Shown: positions 1-13,652 of the stretch, piece by piece
How the letters are laid out: each line of letters starts with the position of its first letter
How positions within the stretch are numbered: the first letter of the stretch is position 1
From: Azolla caroliniana
Taxonomy: Eukaryota; Plantae; Polypodiophyta
Assembly: GCA_043228905.1 (NCBI GenBank)
Contig: JBHGNT010000012.1
Coordinates: 868,001-932,000 of the forward strand
DNA length: 64,000 nt
Reading direction: 5' to 3'
Notes under the pieces: model-generated
Told to the model about the DNA's origin: nothing
Seen by the model: the letters and a program-made list of their open reading frames with translations, nothing else
Database searches by the model: none
Position numbers and translations under genes: made by a program

Positions 1-459
1 ATTTTTCAATGTCCATTGAAAAACAATATCTTCCCAATAAAAACTCCTTTCAGATAATAATATTGAATGAACACCTTTGCTATTGACCACTGATGTGATT
101 TAATAGATTGTTGGATATACCTGACACTGGTACAATGATGCTAACAGATGATGCAAATGATTTGCCAAGTATATATGATCCAGTTTGACAAAATATGATC
201 CCATGCAAAGGATAATTAAGGCTATTAGCCACTGTTGGTCTTGCAATGTCCATTGATAATTAAGGCTGTTAGCCACTTCTGGGCTTGGTGGAGGGGTTCA
301 GCTGTTGTTTTATGGCAATTGATTCCCTCATTATAGGAGGATATATGCGCATGATAATGTATGAGATCTATCATGTTGAAATCAACATGACCTGACCTTA
401 AAAAACAAGCAAAATATGTTTATGAATCCTTTGCACAAGAAATCTGATCAAACACTTCA

Positions 460-810
460 TTAGTTAGCCACATTGACCATACATGTCCACCAATGCACAA
501 CCAAGCAAAGCATTTGTACGAAGAAATCCATGTTACAGATCTCACCATGCACTTGGCCCTTATACAAAGCTCCTATCCCACCTTTTGCGTTCAACACGCA
601 AAGAAGGGTGACTTGGTTAGGAGAGAGATTCTCTTCGCTTTGTCGCAAATGTTCGTAACAATTCAATGCAGATTCGCCATGGCCAAGCCGGGCATATCCA
701 CCGATTAGAGCATTCCAAGTGGCAAGATCATGGCATGGGAGACTATCGAAAACATTTTGAGCATCATGAGGCATACCATATCTTATGTGCAGGCTAATCA
801 AGGCACTACA
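460..810 (-). pseudogene. PLS-class pentatricopeptide repeat (PPR) gene fragment, frameshifted
   Basis: Translation CSALISLHIRYGMPHDAQNVFDSLPCHDLATWNALIGGYARLGHGESALNCYEHLRQ..SPNQVTLLCVL is typical PPR P/L/S motif text. The next motif (GCALVDMYGQCG) is in another frame and ends in a stop. The 5' side is replaced by unrelated sequence. Confidence 0.8.
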
Positions 811-931
811 TTTAGGGTTTGCCTTACGGCTTTGCAAGGAGTGCGGGTCGGTATACCGCTCGAATACGAAGCGTGTCCACTCTTGATAGCAATGGGACCC
901 CCCCGAACCCATTACTATCGCAGATGTAACT

Positions 932-989
932 AGGACTTCCTGGGATGTCACCCATCCCAATATTGTTTTGGCTCAAGCACGCTTAACTT
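932..989 (-). pseudogene. 5S rRNA-derived fragment (internal Pol III promoter region), Cassandra TRIM-like or 5S pseudogene
   Basis: Minus strand AAGTTAAGCGTGCTTGAGCCAAAACAATATTGGGATGGGTGACATCCCAGGAAGTCCT aligns by eye to plant 5S rRNA (AGTTAAGCGTGCTTGGGCGAGAGTAGTACTAGGATGGGTGACCTCCTGGGAAGTCCT). The 5' half of 5S is absent. Confidence 0.8.
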
Positions 990-3513
990 GCAATGCTTGA
1001 AGCATCCAAACAACACGTAGTTGTATGCTCGCCTGAGTTTTCTATGCCAACAACACGTAGATGCACTTCTAACGTGTTGCATTATGTCTTTGTTTCGGAG
1101 GACATCACCATGGAGGATTGGAGCCTGATACTATAGAAGGAGGTTTGATACATTGTTGGAGAAAATGTGTTATGTATAATGTAACCTAGTGGTCGCTTTA
1201 AAAAATGACTGCAAGTCTTGTGGATAGTGAGAGGCATGGGAAGCTATGTCTATGTCACCTTGTGGCCTTGTTCTTTAGGGGTGGCCCAGAAATAATACTA
1301 GAACATTGATGTTCTAATAGGAATGACAAATATTTGTACTAAATAGGATGCAGGATTTAATTCTTGTTGGGTATGATGTTCGATGCATATGTGGAAGTAT
1401 GTTGGGACTTGTCGTTTATGTGCTCAACAAACAACACAGAAAGTATGGCAGGAGAATAGATAGAAGCATAGACACAATTTTTAGCTTTAATGGAAGCTTT
1501 CGTTATTTCTCTGTTCTCTCTCACTTACAGACTCAAGATGCAAGAAGGAACATTATTACAACATTAGGTTAGGGCTTATATACTCATGCCCTAACTATTA
1601 GACGTGTTCACACTAGTAAGGATACAAAGTGGAAGGAGTCGGCCTTTTATGCGTGAACACTATTAGAAGCTTTTCTTTGTTGAGACAACTTTTCAATTGT
1701 TGAATCGGAAGAGATGCATTGATATTGAACTTTGATGTGAGTTTAATAATGTCAGCTTATATGGCAAGATGAAGGCTATATGTTGCCACTAGCCCCTACA
1801 ATTATGTTTGATGTTTTCAGGTGTTTCATTAAGGTCACAAGGTCATGCATTTATCCTTTCCATTCTACATTGGCTTCTAGTAAAGTAATGCATATATACA
1901 ATGGGATTTGAGCTCCGATGTGGAGATGTAAAAAACTTAGCTAACATGTCAAATCATATTCTTGGATGTTATGTGGCTCGTATATTACATCCTAGCTTTG
2001 CAACACTGGATGCATTCACAAGGTTCGTCTGAAGTTGAGCGAGAGTCATGGATGAAATACATATCATCTCTATCTTGAATACATTAATATCTTGAATTTT
2101 ATTATCAATTCCTTAGTTCCTCCTCTTTTTATTGTCCTTCACACTAATTATTTTCCATTCTCTTCATAATGGTTTCCTCTTCTTTTTAATAAACTCTTAA
2201 TCTCATTTCAAGCTAATATGTAGTCATGATTCACAAGTTTAAGGTTTGACTTGCAACCTACAATTTCACGGGATATGTATTTGTGAAACATGTCAATCTT
2301 ATTGGAATGACAAAGTTTAACTTGACAGCCAATCTCTATTAGCTATACAAAATGTACAAACATAAGACATTTTTATAATTTTGCATAATCTTGTAGAAAA
2401 TACCAATTTATTGTTTTTTCATAGCTTGCTATTGTGAAATACACATAGAGGGGATCCGAACTAGATTGTGTTGCTTCTTACTTCCTGCTTAATTTATAGT
2501 TGATACAAAGATAACCATTTGGGTTGGTTTGGCTACCCAGTAATGCATGCATACATTCTTGCTAAAAAGGTCGCACAAAGGAACAAAGGTACACTACAAT
2601 ATGAAGCCTTGCGCTTGATAAAAAGGTGGCACAAAGGTACACCACACTATAATAAAAACAAATGTAGCATTTATTCAGAAACCAACAACATAAACCCATA
2701 TAGTATCATAGAATGATTATATTTTCACACATATATAATGATATATTGGTGAACATCATCATGTTTATTGTCATTACTCCAATCCTTTGTACCCTCCCAA
2801 CATATTCAAACCATTCTTTCCATGTAACCTCTCCTATATTCTTGCAACAATGGCCACAAACATCAATTAAATTACAACTTTAAGAGCAATTGGCTTTGCT
2901 CTTTTTCACCTTAGAAAACCCTCTTTCACGTGCAAGCAATGATATGGACAAAAAAAAATGGTGCATTTTGTAGTCATGTCAAAATTACACACTTGTTGAC
3001 AATTTGTATGCAAGTCTCTTTAGTAAAAATTATATGTCATAGATTTGTAATCAAATAGTTATTTGTGAGAATATTACATGTTTGGGGCACTTTACTCCCC
3101 TCTGATGCATACAAAAATAGTTGTGCAATAGACACTTTGAAGTGGCTTCATGTAGAGATCTACTAGCATGTACATATACACATATACACTCTAGGTATCA
3201 AACATCTCAATTCTAAGCGTACAGTTACAATGAAGTTACCCTAATAGTATCTACAACTTGAGTTTACGTTTATGAAATATGATCGATTGTAACTATAAAG
3301 AACTCGTGCAGCTAACAACAAAACTTCATGGCTTAGTGACTTACATTGACTCATAAACAAGGGTGGCAACCATTTCAAAACTTACTAGAAGGAATGAACT
3401 CATGCTACTAACATCTTATGTGGCTTATTAACTTGGATTGATCCCAAAAACTATTGGCATCAAGGACTAGGATTGATCCCAGAAACTAATGGCATCAAGG
3501 ACTATTTAACATA

Positions 3514-6182
3514 TTAGAATGAGGATTCCTTTTGGAGGGTTCTACGATTTGATAACTCAGCTACCCGCGCAACTACATGCTCATAATCAGGGGGAATGCT
3601 CCAAGGTTTTTTCATATGAAAGTCGTCAAAAGTGCTTGAAGAGGATCGGGGAATATGATTCTTCTTGTCGTTTTCCGTGGTCGTCTTGGCTAAGAGAGGC
3701 ATAGATGACACCCTAGGGAATGGTGGAGGTGAGCGGCTCGGGGCACATGGCAATGGTGGTGGTGGGCGGCGAGGTGGCATGGATGACAATGAGGGTGATG
3801 GACTACTACTATTCGTGTCATAATTTCCAATATTATATGCTCTCGCCATGGTCGAGTATTCATCTGAATATTGTTGTAAATGTTGTACACTACATGAAGC
3901 ACGGGGAGTGGTCGAGTAGTCATCTGAATGATGATGTTGGCATCGATATGCAAGATATTTCGTTTCATTATCTCCTAAGAAGTATCCATCATCACTAGTA
4001 TAATTCACTTCTCCCCATCTATCACCCTCATGATCATCATTAGCATGTTGATCACCATATTGCCCATGTCCTCGGATATCTCTATATTGCTTTATATATT
4101 GATCATTATTGGTATTTAATGCTGCTTCATATTCATCAGCTTTCATTTTCCACTTTTGGGATCTAGGGTGTATTCCTCTCATCTTGGATCGGGAACCATA
4201 AGTACATGAATGTCGGCCATACGATGAATTCATATCATAAAGCCTTGCATTGGCACTATAATCAGATGCCGACATATTTAGCTCTTCATCTAGAACCAAT
4301 GCCATATCGTTTGCTTCGAAAGGTTCTACATCGATTAGTTCATGAGTGCTACCATATGCTTCCAACTCTAATTTCGGTGTTATGACAAGTTTTCCCTCAT
4401 TCACTTCATTGGCTTTAGTACCACTTTTGCTCAAAAGGCTGAGCAATTCTTTTTGTATCCTATCTTTCATATCACTCTGTTTCAATACATATTCTTTCAA
4501 TTCTTCCTTGAAATTCTCAGGTGGCCCTTTTGTTGATAAGAAGTCCAGTATCTATATAAGATGAAACAGTAGAAAAAAGAAGAAGATTTTAAGTCAGAAC
4601 ACAAGTTTCCAAGGTTTAGGATGTAATGGCATAAATAAAACAGTTAGGGTATTGCAAAAACGATGAATCCAAGATCTCAAAAGAAATAATGTGTTGATGT
4701 TCCTTCAAATATTGATGATGATTAATGACATACCGATCGGTTGACATGAGATGTATCCTTGAGCTCTTGTGCAAAGTTAACAAAATCAGCGCCATACTTT
4801 GTTGCGAAAATTTCTCGCAATTCTTGCAACTCGGGAAGATCTGCACAACATGATGCCACAAAGCACAAGCCCGCTACAGGTTCTTCCAAATCCATCGGGC
4901 ATTCTCTGCAATTAATTGCATCAAAAGACTGAGATTAAACATCACAAAGCTAATATTATATGGAAAGACCAATTTTTAATATAAAAACTTGAATCCCACC
5001 AACAGATCAAGATGAAACTCAGGGACAACCATTCTGTATAAATGCATTAAATTTTGATTTTATAAAATTTAAAGACACAATAACCTTCTATTATTAAGGC
5101 TTAGAGCTTATATACCTTTGTCCAGCAATGTTGCTCAGATTTATTCTGACTTTATTACAGTATTCTTGGATTTTGATGTACACAGAGAGCAGGCACAGCT
5201 CCTTCCACAGATGTTCAAGCTGTATTAATAAACACCGAATAATAGTATGAGAAACAAGTAAGAAATTATATATACATACTCTCATACATGCATATACCCA
5301 TATATAATATATATCTAAATATGATATATTTTAGATTTAAGCATAAATTGCATACCCAAATTTGTGCTTTTTGGTTTTTTCCTCTTTTCATAAGCTGCGC
5401 TGCATCACCACGAAGGTGCTGAAGCTGAACTTCTCGCTTGCAACGCAAAATTTGTATTCTTTCCAGAGTGGTCTCCAACAGCTTTTTGCTGAAAGATGAG
5501 AAGAGTAATTGATATTAATTAAAAAAAACGGAGCTGATAGGAAATGAATTGAAATTGAAGTTAACCCACTAAAAAACTGGTGGGCAAGAGGAAAGAAAAC
5601 TGTCAAAGAAGATGTGAAAAAAATATTGATAAAAGGATGGGCTCAAATCGAAGCAAACCCATTACAAGCAATGGTGAGATGAACAAATCCATCAAGAGAC
5701 AGGCGGGTAAAAGATTGGATACATGAAAAAATGATGTGAAAATTAAAGTTGACTCACTATAAGATATGGAGATTGAGGAGAATCCATCAAGGAATAGTTG
5801 AGAAAAACATTGAAACCATGAGAAAGAGAGTTGAAAATTATAGCTATGCAAATATGAAATTAATCCATCAACGAAAATGCAAGAAATTTTTTTTATTGAA
5901 AAAAGGCCAACCCATGAATTGAAATTGAAGCTAATCCATTACAAGATATAAAGAGATGACAGAGCCCCATCAAGCGATAGATGAGAAAAGTAATAAGCGT
6001 TATGACAAAAGGAAGGAACAAAATTAAAAAAAAAAAAAAACAGTTGGAAAAAACAAGCTAATGCAGAGATGAAAAGAAAACCGATTTGAAGAAGAGAAGT
6101 AAAACGCGAGAATTTGAGCTTACCATTTTGATTTCTGGAAGGTTCGCACCACACCCAAAACAGAGAGTACGCAGAGGATCAT
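3514..6182 (-). CDS. IST1-like protein (regulator of Vps4 activity, MVB/ESCRT-III pathway), 5 exons, about 501 aa
   Basis: GT-AG exons 6182-6124, 5488-5356, 5219-5116, 4905-4734 and 4551-3514 join in phase: FQKSKCKKLLETTLERIQILRCKREVQLQHLRGDAAQLM..RECPMDLEEPVAGLCFVASCCADLPELQELREIFATKYGADFV (Ist1 domain). A low-complexity tail ends in the MIM-like PPDYEHVVARVAELS. Confidence 0.9.
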
Positions 6183-6396
6183 CTGTGGGACTCAGAAACA
6201 GGAGCTGAAGCGTTCAGAATCCGATGCTTTCTTCGGCAAAACGAAAAAAAAGAAATCGAACAAACTTATATGCAGCTAACTGTTCTTTTCCTTGCAGTTG
6301 CAACACCTTTACATACAATGGCTTTCACAAAATTCTCTTTTATACCCTCTTCAAGACTGAGAGACAAAAGCTCACTTCTCTCTGCAAACCACTTTC

Positions 6397-6628
<232 letters not shown>

Positions 6629-6850
6629 TGAAGAAAAGAAGAAAGGTTCTGTTGCCGAGGTTTCACATTGTTTATTGCTTTTTCGCTCCCAGGCAACTAC
6701 CAGTCACCTAAAAGAAAGCATCTTTCCAGATACGTCCCTCCCTCGGAGCGTGCCTTTCCTTCGATCACACTCCTCGCAGCTTCCTCCTTCCTCTAGCTAG
6801 TCCTCACATCCCTTTTCCGAGACCACACTCATCCTCAACATACGTGTCCA

Positions 6851-6854
<4 letters not shown>

Positions 6855-6892
<38 letters not shown>
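6855..6892. repeat. (CT)n microsatellite
   Basis: Directly visible. Confidence 0.95.
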
Positions 6893-6898
<6 letters not shown>

Positions 6899-8544
6899 AT
6901 ATCAAATTTTTTATAGCTTTTTCTTCATGTGGGGGGGATCTCCCTTATATCTGCCGACTCCTTTTTTCCCTCTTGCCCTTTGCTTGCTCGTACGCTTCCT
7001 CACAACACCTGTGACCTCACCTTGTCGATATTTGTATGTTGACTTATAATGCAGAAAGGACACGTGCAACTCAGAATGTTTTAACACCTAGACCTCGGTG
7101 GCATCATCATGACTACATACATATATTACAAGCCAGATCCAAAATTTTCGACCGATGGTAGGCAGTGAAAAGTCATTTTTGGGTGAAATTGCTTTCATTT
7201 TACGCATGATATGAATGCCAGTTGGTTTTGAAAGTTTCTACGAAATTTCATCCATGCTTCTTCAAACCACCTCTCATGCATGCGTCAGATATTTAAAGCA
7301 TTGTGCCATCTGATGACGCAATGGCATCCTCTTTCCACCAATTTCCCAACGTCATGTTTTCTTGTTTCTTTTTTACCGTTCCATGGTGTACCCCTAGAAG
7401 AATATAACTTTCCAACAAATGCAATGACTGGTTTTTGCATCTGGCATCCACCAATCTAGCGCCACCGATCAATGAAGATGGTGATCAAGGAAAAGTGGCC
7501 TCTTTTAAGGCCTAGGTTTTGTATATTATTTTATTGGTCCATTAAAAAGCATGTTGTTTGTCCTTATATATTCGTAAGGCTAAAGATACAATGATGTCGC
7601 TTTCTTTATTCATGTTTTTCTAATTGGTTCCAATGAACAACTACATATGTATACCACAAACGTATACTTCCCTTGCAATGTGTTCATGCGTCATCTTTCC
7701 ACTAATAATCATTAATGGTGCAAAGGAGATCTTTTGGATATCTAAATCTTGGAGTGAAAATGTCTTCCAAGAGAGGCAAATTATGTTTGAGCCTTCTTTC
7801 AAATGGTTTGGTTTCTGTTGCATTTGATAAGAACTCCAAAAGTCCGAGATTTCAATATCTAGAGAGACATATATTTAACAACATTTAAAATACTTTTTGC
7901 GGAGAATGTTTTTTCTCCTTTTAAATTATAAATAGAGTCTCTAGTTCCTCAAACTCAAAAAAGCACTTTAATATTTCCGAGATTTAAAAGCATAAAAAAG
8001 AAAGGAGAGCAATAGAGAATAATGGGAAAAGGGCGTGCACGTTGGTGTAGACAATGCATTTCCTAGTTGTGAATGTCATGGTTTTAAACAATACAATGGA
8101 TTGTAGCTGATTTATCAACTACTCTATTCTCTCTAATTCGGCAATAGCATCAACACATTGAAATCTGTAATAAACAAAGATTTTCCGAACATGTGTCTAC
8201 TTTTTTCTCACTTTCCCCTCTTGACCGTTTGTAATTCCCTTTTTGCCCTTTTGGCATACACCACCCACCCCCACGAACTTCAAAACATTCTTCACATGAC
8301 CACTCTACGCATCTATGTTTCCTCTACTCCAAATATTACCGTTTACTTTGTCCCGATCAACATTAAGTTCGTTTCATCGAGTTTCAAAGTGTTGTGAGTG
8401 TCACATTTCTTATTATGAGTTATATCAAGCTCACAACATCACATTACTATGATCAAAACAATGGCATTCCATACATTATACATCTCAACAACAAATATGC
8501 CACCTTGTAAAGTGTTGAAAGGTTGTGAACTTTATTTTTTGAAC

Positions 8545-8735
8545 TAGGAATTGACAATAGTTTGGTTTCGATTGCCTTAAGTGGTTGGGTAGCGCTCAAG
8601 TTGAACCGAACAGAGCTCAAACCGGTTAAGGAAATTCAAGCCTGAATCGAGTTGAACCGAACAACCACTACCAAACTGTTTAAAAACAGTTTTATGGCTC
8701 AGTTATGGCTTGAGTTGATTTGTTGTCAGCTCCTA
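8545..8735. mobile_element. Degenerate hAT-type MITE (TAGGAATCGGCAA-type ends, AACCG-rich interior)
   Basis: Ends TAGGAATTGACAA...TTGTCAGCTCCTA with internal GAACCGAAC motifs, similar to 60540-60725. Flanks TTTTGAAC/ACTTGAAT match only 5/8. Confidence 0.6.
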
Positions 8736-10249
8736 ACTTGAATGAAATTAAAATGGGTAAACCATACAATTTGGCACGATTATAGATGAGAAGGAATATA
8801 CATAGGTGGTATTTTGGCGAGCTTTTGAACTATCTTAAGTAATTGATTGGCATTATGCATGTGTCTAGCAAATGGGGTTTACAATACCAAGGTACTTGAA
8901 ACACATTTTTATATCCAATTTCTTGAAGAAAAAGGAAAAGCAATCATACAAACAACAATGGAGAAGTATATCATATAACAAGTCGTAATTAGAGCATTCT
9001 TAAAGGAAATGGGTACTCTTGTTGTAAATCCTTGTGCCATTACATAGAGAACTCTACAATATATGCTACATGGTATTCTTCAACTATATGACCTCCATGA
9101 TCTCTATGGAATGAAGACAAAAACTTTAGGTACAAGATATAAACAATATCTAATAAGTTGTGTTGAGCACCACAACGACCTTGTTTGTTGTTTTTCAACA
9201 TTCTCACATAAAGTTGTTCCCAAATAACGTGAGATTTACATGTTAATGATGGTTTTTTTTCGAGCCGCCTCAACTTCATGATCAATCTAAAACAAACATT
9301 GGTGGTTTACACCATATTATCAACATCAAAGTCATAATTTGAGAGAACCCATGCCTGATCCTTGTCATGGGCTCATCCTCATCCCATTGATCACGATTAG
9401 TTTCCATGGACCTAAAAAAGGCACTTGTGTGTGTGTATAAATTTATACTACCCTTTTCTTGATTTGTGCGTGTCTTGCTTGTGTAAGGGACTATGCTAAT
9501 CTTCTTTGTATCATGCTCGACCTTGAAAAGATATCTATCCACTTATCACTCCCTCTCCCTCTCTCTCTATTTTTTTTCCAAGAAGGATTCTTCATTAGTA
9601 TTAAGAAACACCCCAAGGTTGTACATGAAGTATGTACATATAAGTTCTAATTGGCAACTTGAATAAATACTTTGGCGTCGATTAGAACCACTCAACCTTG
9701 TAAAAAATGCGCTTATAAAATATTCCTTTGTCCCATATGACTACAATCATTGTAATTCCCCATCTGTCTATTTTGTTCATTTTGAAACTTGTTTACATTC
9801 AAAATAAAAGAAAGGATAATATTAAAATAACAAACACATACCAGAAATGGAAATGATAAATAGTACTATATTTCATATATACAAGCTTGGTTTATATATG
9901 TCATAGTGGGCATTTACATCACTGTATTATATTTTATTACAAGTTTTTGTGAGATGGCCAATCCAAGTAGGTGGTGTCATAGGCAAGAAAACACATGTTC
10001 ATTCTTGATATCCATGAGCTTCATTCAAGGATCCCATTTAGTCTACATTCACACGAATTTGTTAACAATGAGGGCCAAAGCTTAGATGATGAATATGGAA
10101 ATAGTAGTATATTCAAGAAGTTATAATTTGGTTAGGTTGTTTGTACAACATGTTTGATGTCTAGCAGTGTGGGTCAAATTTGTGATTTTTCATTCTTTGT
10201 CTACATTTTTGCACTAAGGTTTGAGGGAACCTAGAAGAAGGGGTGTGGA

Positions 10250-10830
10250 GATTGAAATATCCCATATTTATATGCAATATTGTTGACATTATTGAACAAC
10301 GAAATTCTAGATGACTATCAATACAACTATTAGACGTGCTTTATAGAATAGGGCAAACTAATGTATGTTATTCTCTAATTATAAGGGTACAAATCATAAA
10401 ATAATAATTAGATCAGCAAACAAAATTTCCATCTTGATTGAAATATCCCATATTTATATGCAATATTATTGACATTATTAAATAACGAAATTCTAGATGA
10501 CTATCAATACAACTATTAGATGTGCTTTATAGAATAGGGCAAACTAATGTATGTTATTCTCTAATTATAAGGGTACAAATCATAAAATAATAATTAGATC
10601 AGCAAACAAAATTTCCATCTATTATGGTCTTGATTGAAATATCCCATATTTATATGCAATATTATTGACATTATTAAATAACGAAATTCTAGATGACTAT
10701 CAATACAACTATTAGATGTGCTTTGTAGAATAGGCAAACTAATGTATGTTATTCTCTAATTATAAGGGTACAAATCATAAAATAATAATTAGATCAGCAA
10801 ACAAAATGTCCATCTATTATGGTCTTGATT
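10250..10830. repeat. Tandem repeat, 3 units of about 186-198 bp
   Basis: Unit GATTGAAATATCCCATATTTATATGCAATATT...CAGCAAACAAAATTTCCATCT starts at 10250, 10436 and 10632; copies are nearly identical. Confidence 0.95.
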
Positions 10831-11914
10831 TCTAGTGCAAATGAACATAAAATAATAAAGCAGTCAAATCCACCTGCATTAAGTGCACACCGAACACCAA
10901 TAAGTGGTCAAAACACATAAGAACTTTTGCATTCAATAGAGGACATAAGACAAAACACTCAACATCATCTTTCGAGCACGAGAGTTTGTCATGAGCATTA
11001 GCTAAGTATTCTATCATATATAGATGCGGTTGCAAAGGTTGTTTCCTCTTTAATATTAGGTCATGAGGTCATGAGTACTATTAAGAAGGGTTAAGGGTTT
11101 AATCAAATGTCCAACAATATAAGAACATACTTTCAAAGTATTTCAATAATGTACTCGTGAATATGTTTCCTTAAGTTTAACATGCGAACATCAAGTTTTC
11201 AATTTGCGAGACAAGAAAACAAAAACAAAATTACTTTTACTTTAATTTAATTGCACTTTTCTGAAGAGCACTAAAGATGTTCATGTATATTTATTTTCCA
11301 ATGATGTGATCTATATTTTAGTCTCAGTGCTATATTCTTATAGGTGGGCATGTTAGGTAGTTTACACTCTTGTGATACTAAAGTTGGTAATAAATTTATT
11401 GACAACCCTCATTGGTCATGTGCTTATTAAGTCCCCCTTTCATATTCTCCTACATAAGAATATTGTTATCTTTTGTATTAACAAAACTAGTTGGAGAAAA
11501 TGTTGGTAACGTCATTGGAATGAAACCTCCCTCTCCTTCTCTCTTGATTCTGTTATTTCTATGAAAGTATTGTATACATTAAAACAACATCACAATATAA
11601 AAAACCCATGTCGTTGCTACAAATTTCAAGATCTTATGGCAAATTGTTGTAAAGCTAGTTGGGTAAAATGCAGCCCCTCTAACAATAAGGTGCATCCACA
11701 ACTTAGTTGCAAGAATTATTGAATAAATTTTACTTTCCACCATAGTTCTCAAAATTAACATGTACGGGCACCTTGTGTAGATCCTCTTGATTGTGGAACT
11801 TCATGTATGTATTATGGGAATGTCATATTTGTTGAGGATTTAGACACCTTCACTTAACGGTCTAACAATCATACTCAGCCTACAACATGATTAAGGAAAA
11901 GAATAACACACAAT

Positions 11915-12315
11915 GTAAAGAGTCAAGTGGGATTGTAATCGACTTACACTTTGTCATCCAAAATTTACTTAGTATGTTCGAGATGTAATCAAGTTGGGTA
12001 ACCAATATTTCACAAAGGCATGCATATGATCTCAATGTTAAGGATGTATTGAAGCTCATACACATCCTTTATTTCAAACTAGGTGATGAGCAAATACTTC
12101 AAGTTCTGGATGGTGGCCAAGTGGTCTCTTCCAGACATTAGGTCATTGACATATAAGAGGACAAAGGTCATACCATTGGGGTTGTATCACACATAGAGTA
12201 ACATGTTTGATTTGGACATGTTGAATCCAAGAATAGGAAGGTTTTGTGTAATCTTTGAGCGAAAGGCTCTAGGTTCGTGTGTGAGACAATAGAGGAGCTT
12301 CTTGAGTCAGCATAT
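11915..12315 (-). mobile_element. Degenerate Ty1/copia reverse transcriptase fragment
   Basis: Minus-strand peptides LKKLLYCLTHEPRAFRSKITQ (cf. LKKSLYGLKQAPRAW), FVLLYVNDL (cf. LYVDD) and ILVTQLDYISNILSKFWMTKCKSITIPLD. Confidence 0.75.
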
Positions 12316-12501
12316 TGACGTGTAGATGGAACTCAAATCTCACACCTCTTTCCTCCTAATTAATTTTAACCATTTGGCTTATAACACTATAAGTCATATA
12401 ATCTTGTATATATATACTCTATACCACCCTCCCTAGCCTTTCCACTATCTTTCTACACTTGAGCTTGCCATGTCATGACAACGACAAAGGGGTAACATAT
12501 T

Positions 12502-12575
12502 TACCAAATAGATTTGAAGAATACTTTCCTCCAAGAAGATGTCATGGAAGAATTATATATGGTACAACCACCTAG
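12502..12575 (+). mobile_element. Ty1/copia RT fragment in the opposite orientation
   Basis: YQIDLKNTFLQEDVMEELYMVQPP resembles the conserved HQMDVKNAFLxGDLxEEVYMxQPPGF block. Confidence 0.7.
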
Positions 12576-13276
12576 AAATTCCAATGAAGGAGAGGAGGCC
12601 CCAAGGCAAGCCCTATGATGGTCGATTGTTGGCCATGATAGTTCCTTCTCAATTGAGGAGCAATTTGTTTCTTTGTGTGGGCTGGTCCACATTATTGTTT
12701 ATGTTGGGCCAATGATGGTTGGCCAATTGAAGGAATCTAGATTTTGGCATTCGGAGATGTGGGTTCGAACCATGTTGCTCCTAAGGAAAAGTTTAGTGTA
12801 GTTTTTGTTTTCTTTATTTGCCAATGTTCTTGCTTTTCTTCTTGAAATAGAATCAAGCACACTTTTGCCCAACATTAGTGTGGAAATCCAAGTAGTATGT
12901 AACAAATAAGTAAACAAATTCATAGTTCCAACTTGCACTAAGTGCTAAGAAAAGAAACAAATGGTGGGTGATGGGTGATTCTCTCAGGCTCACATGAAAA
13001 GAGTGCCTTGACAAGTTCCACAATCAGACACACGTGTTCTCTTGTGAGGAGCTAGATTAAGTACTTTCATGTTGAGCCATTAAATGATGGATGGCTCATC
13101 TAGTGTACACGGGGGTACCTCTCCATAAGTTGTTCCATAGGGAAAAAAATATTTTCACATATGGAGAATTGTGCCGAGAACTTATTTGTTGTGGATAGAG
13201 AATTATTATCCTTGTGCAACACCCAAAATCGTGGGTTGTTATAAAGGATGTATGCCACTTAATCTCTCCTCCTTGG

Positions 13277-13652
13277 GGCACACAAGTACTATATTGAGGC
13301 TTGATAGCTAAGTAATAGGAAATACTAATGTCTATGAGTAATGGTTCGTTCAAAAGATACAACATTATTATGTTGGCATGAAAAAAGTAAAGCTCAATGA
13401 ACCTTAACTATCTGTTCATCTAAATAAAACAAATCTCAATAAAAGCAGGCCTAATTGGTACTAATAATGTCTCATCTATGGCTCTTACTTTTATGTTGTA
13501 GGTATAGGAATATTATATCTATGCTAACACCCAAGTTGTGGGCACACAATTACTATATTGATCCTTGATAGCCAAGTAATAGGAAATAATAATGTCTATG
13601 AGTAATGGTTCGTACAAAAAATACAACATTATTATGTTGGCATGAAAAAAGT
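13277..13652. repeat. Direct repeat pair of about 110 bp (13277-13388 and 13541-13652)
   Basis: GGCACACAA(G/T)TACTATATTGA...ATTATGTTGGCATGAAAAAAGT occurs twice. Confidence 0.85.

Noticed and set aside
932-989. Functional 5S rRNA gene
   Set aside because: Only about half of the gene, with several substitutions, no T-run terminator and no array.
10250-10830. Regular repeats as a possible CRISPR array
   Set aside because: Units are about 190 bp head-to-tail with no unique spacers, in a eukaryotic context without cas genes.
12600-12940. Possible Ty3 integrase zinc-finger remnant (..SFNWPTI)
   Set aside because: Too degenerate to support from sequence alone.
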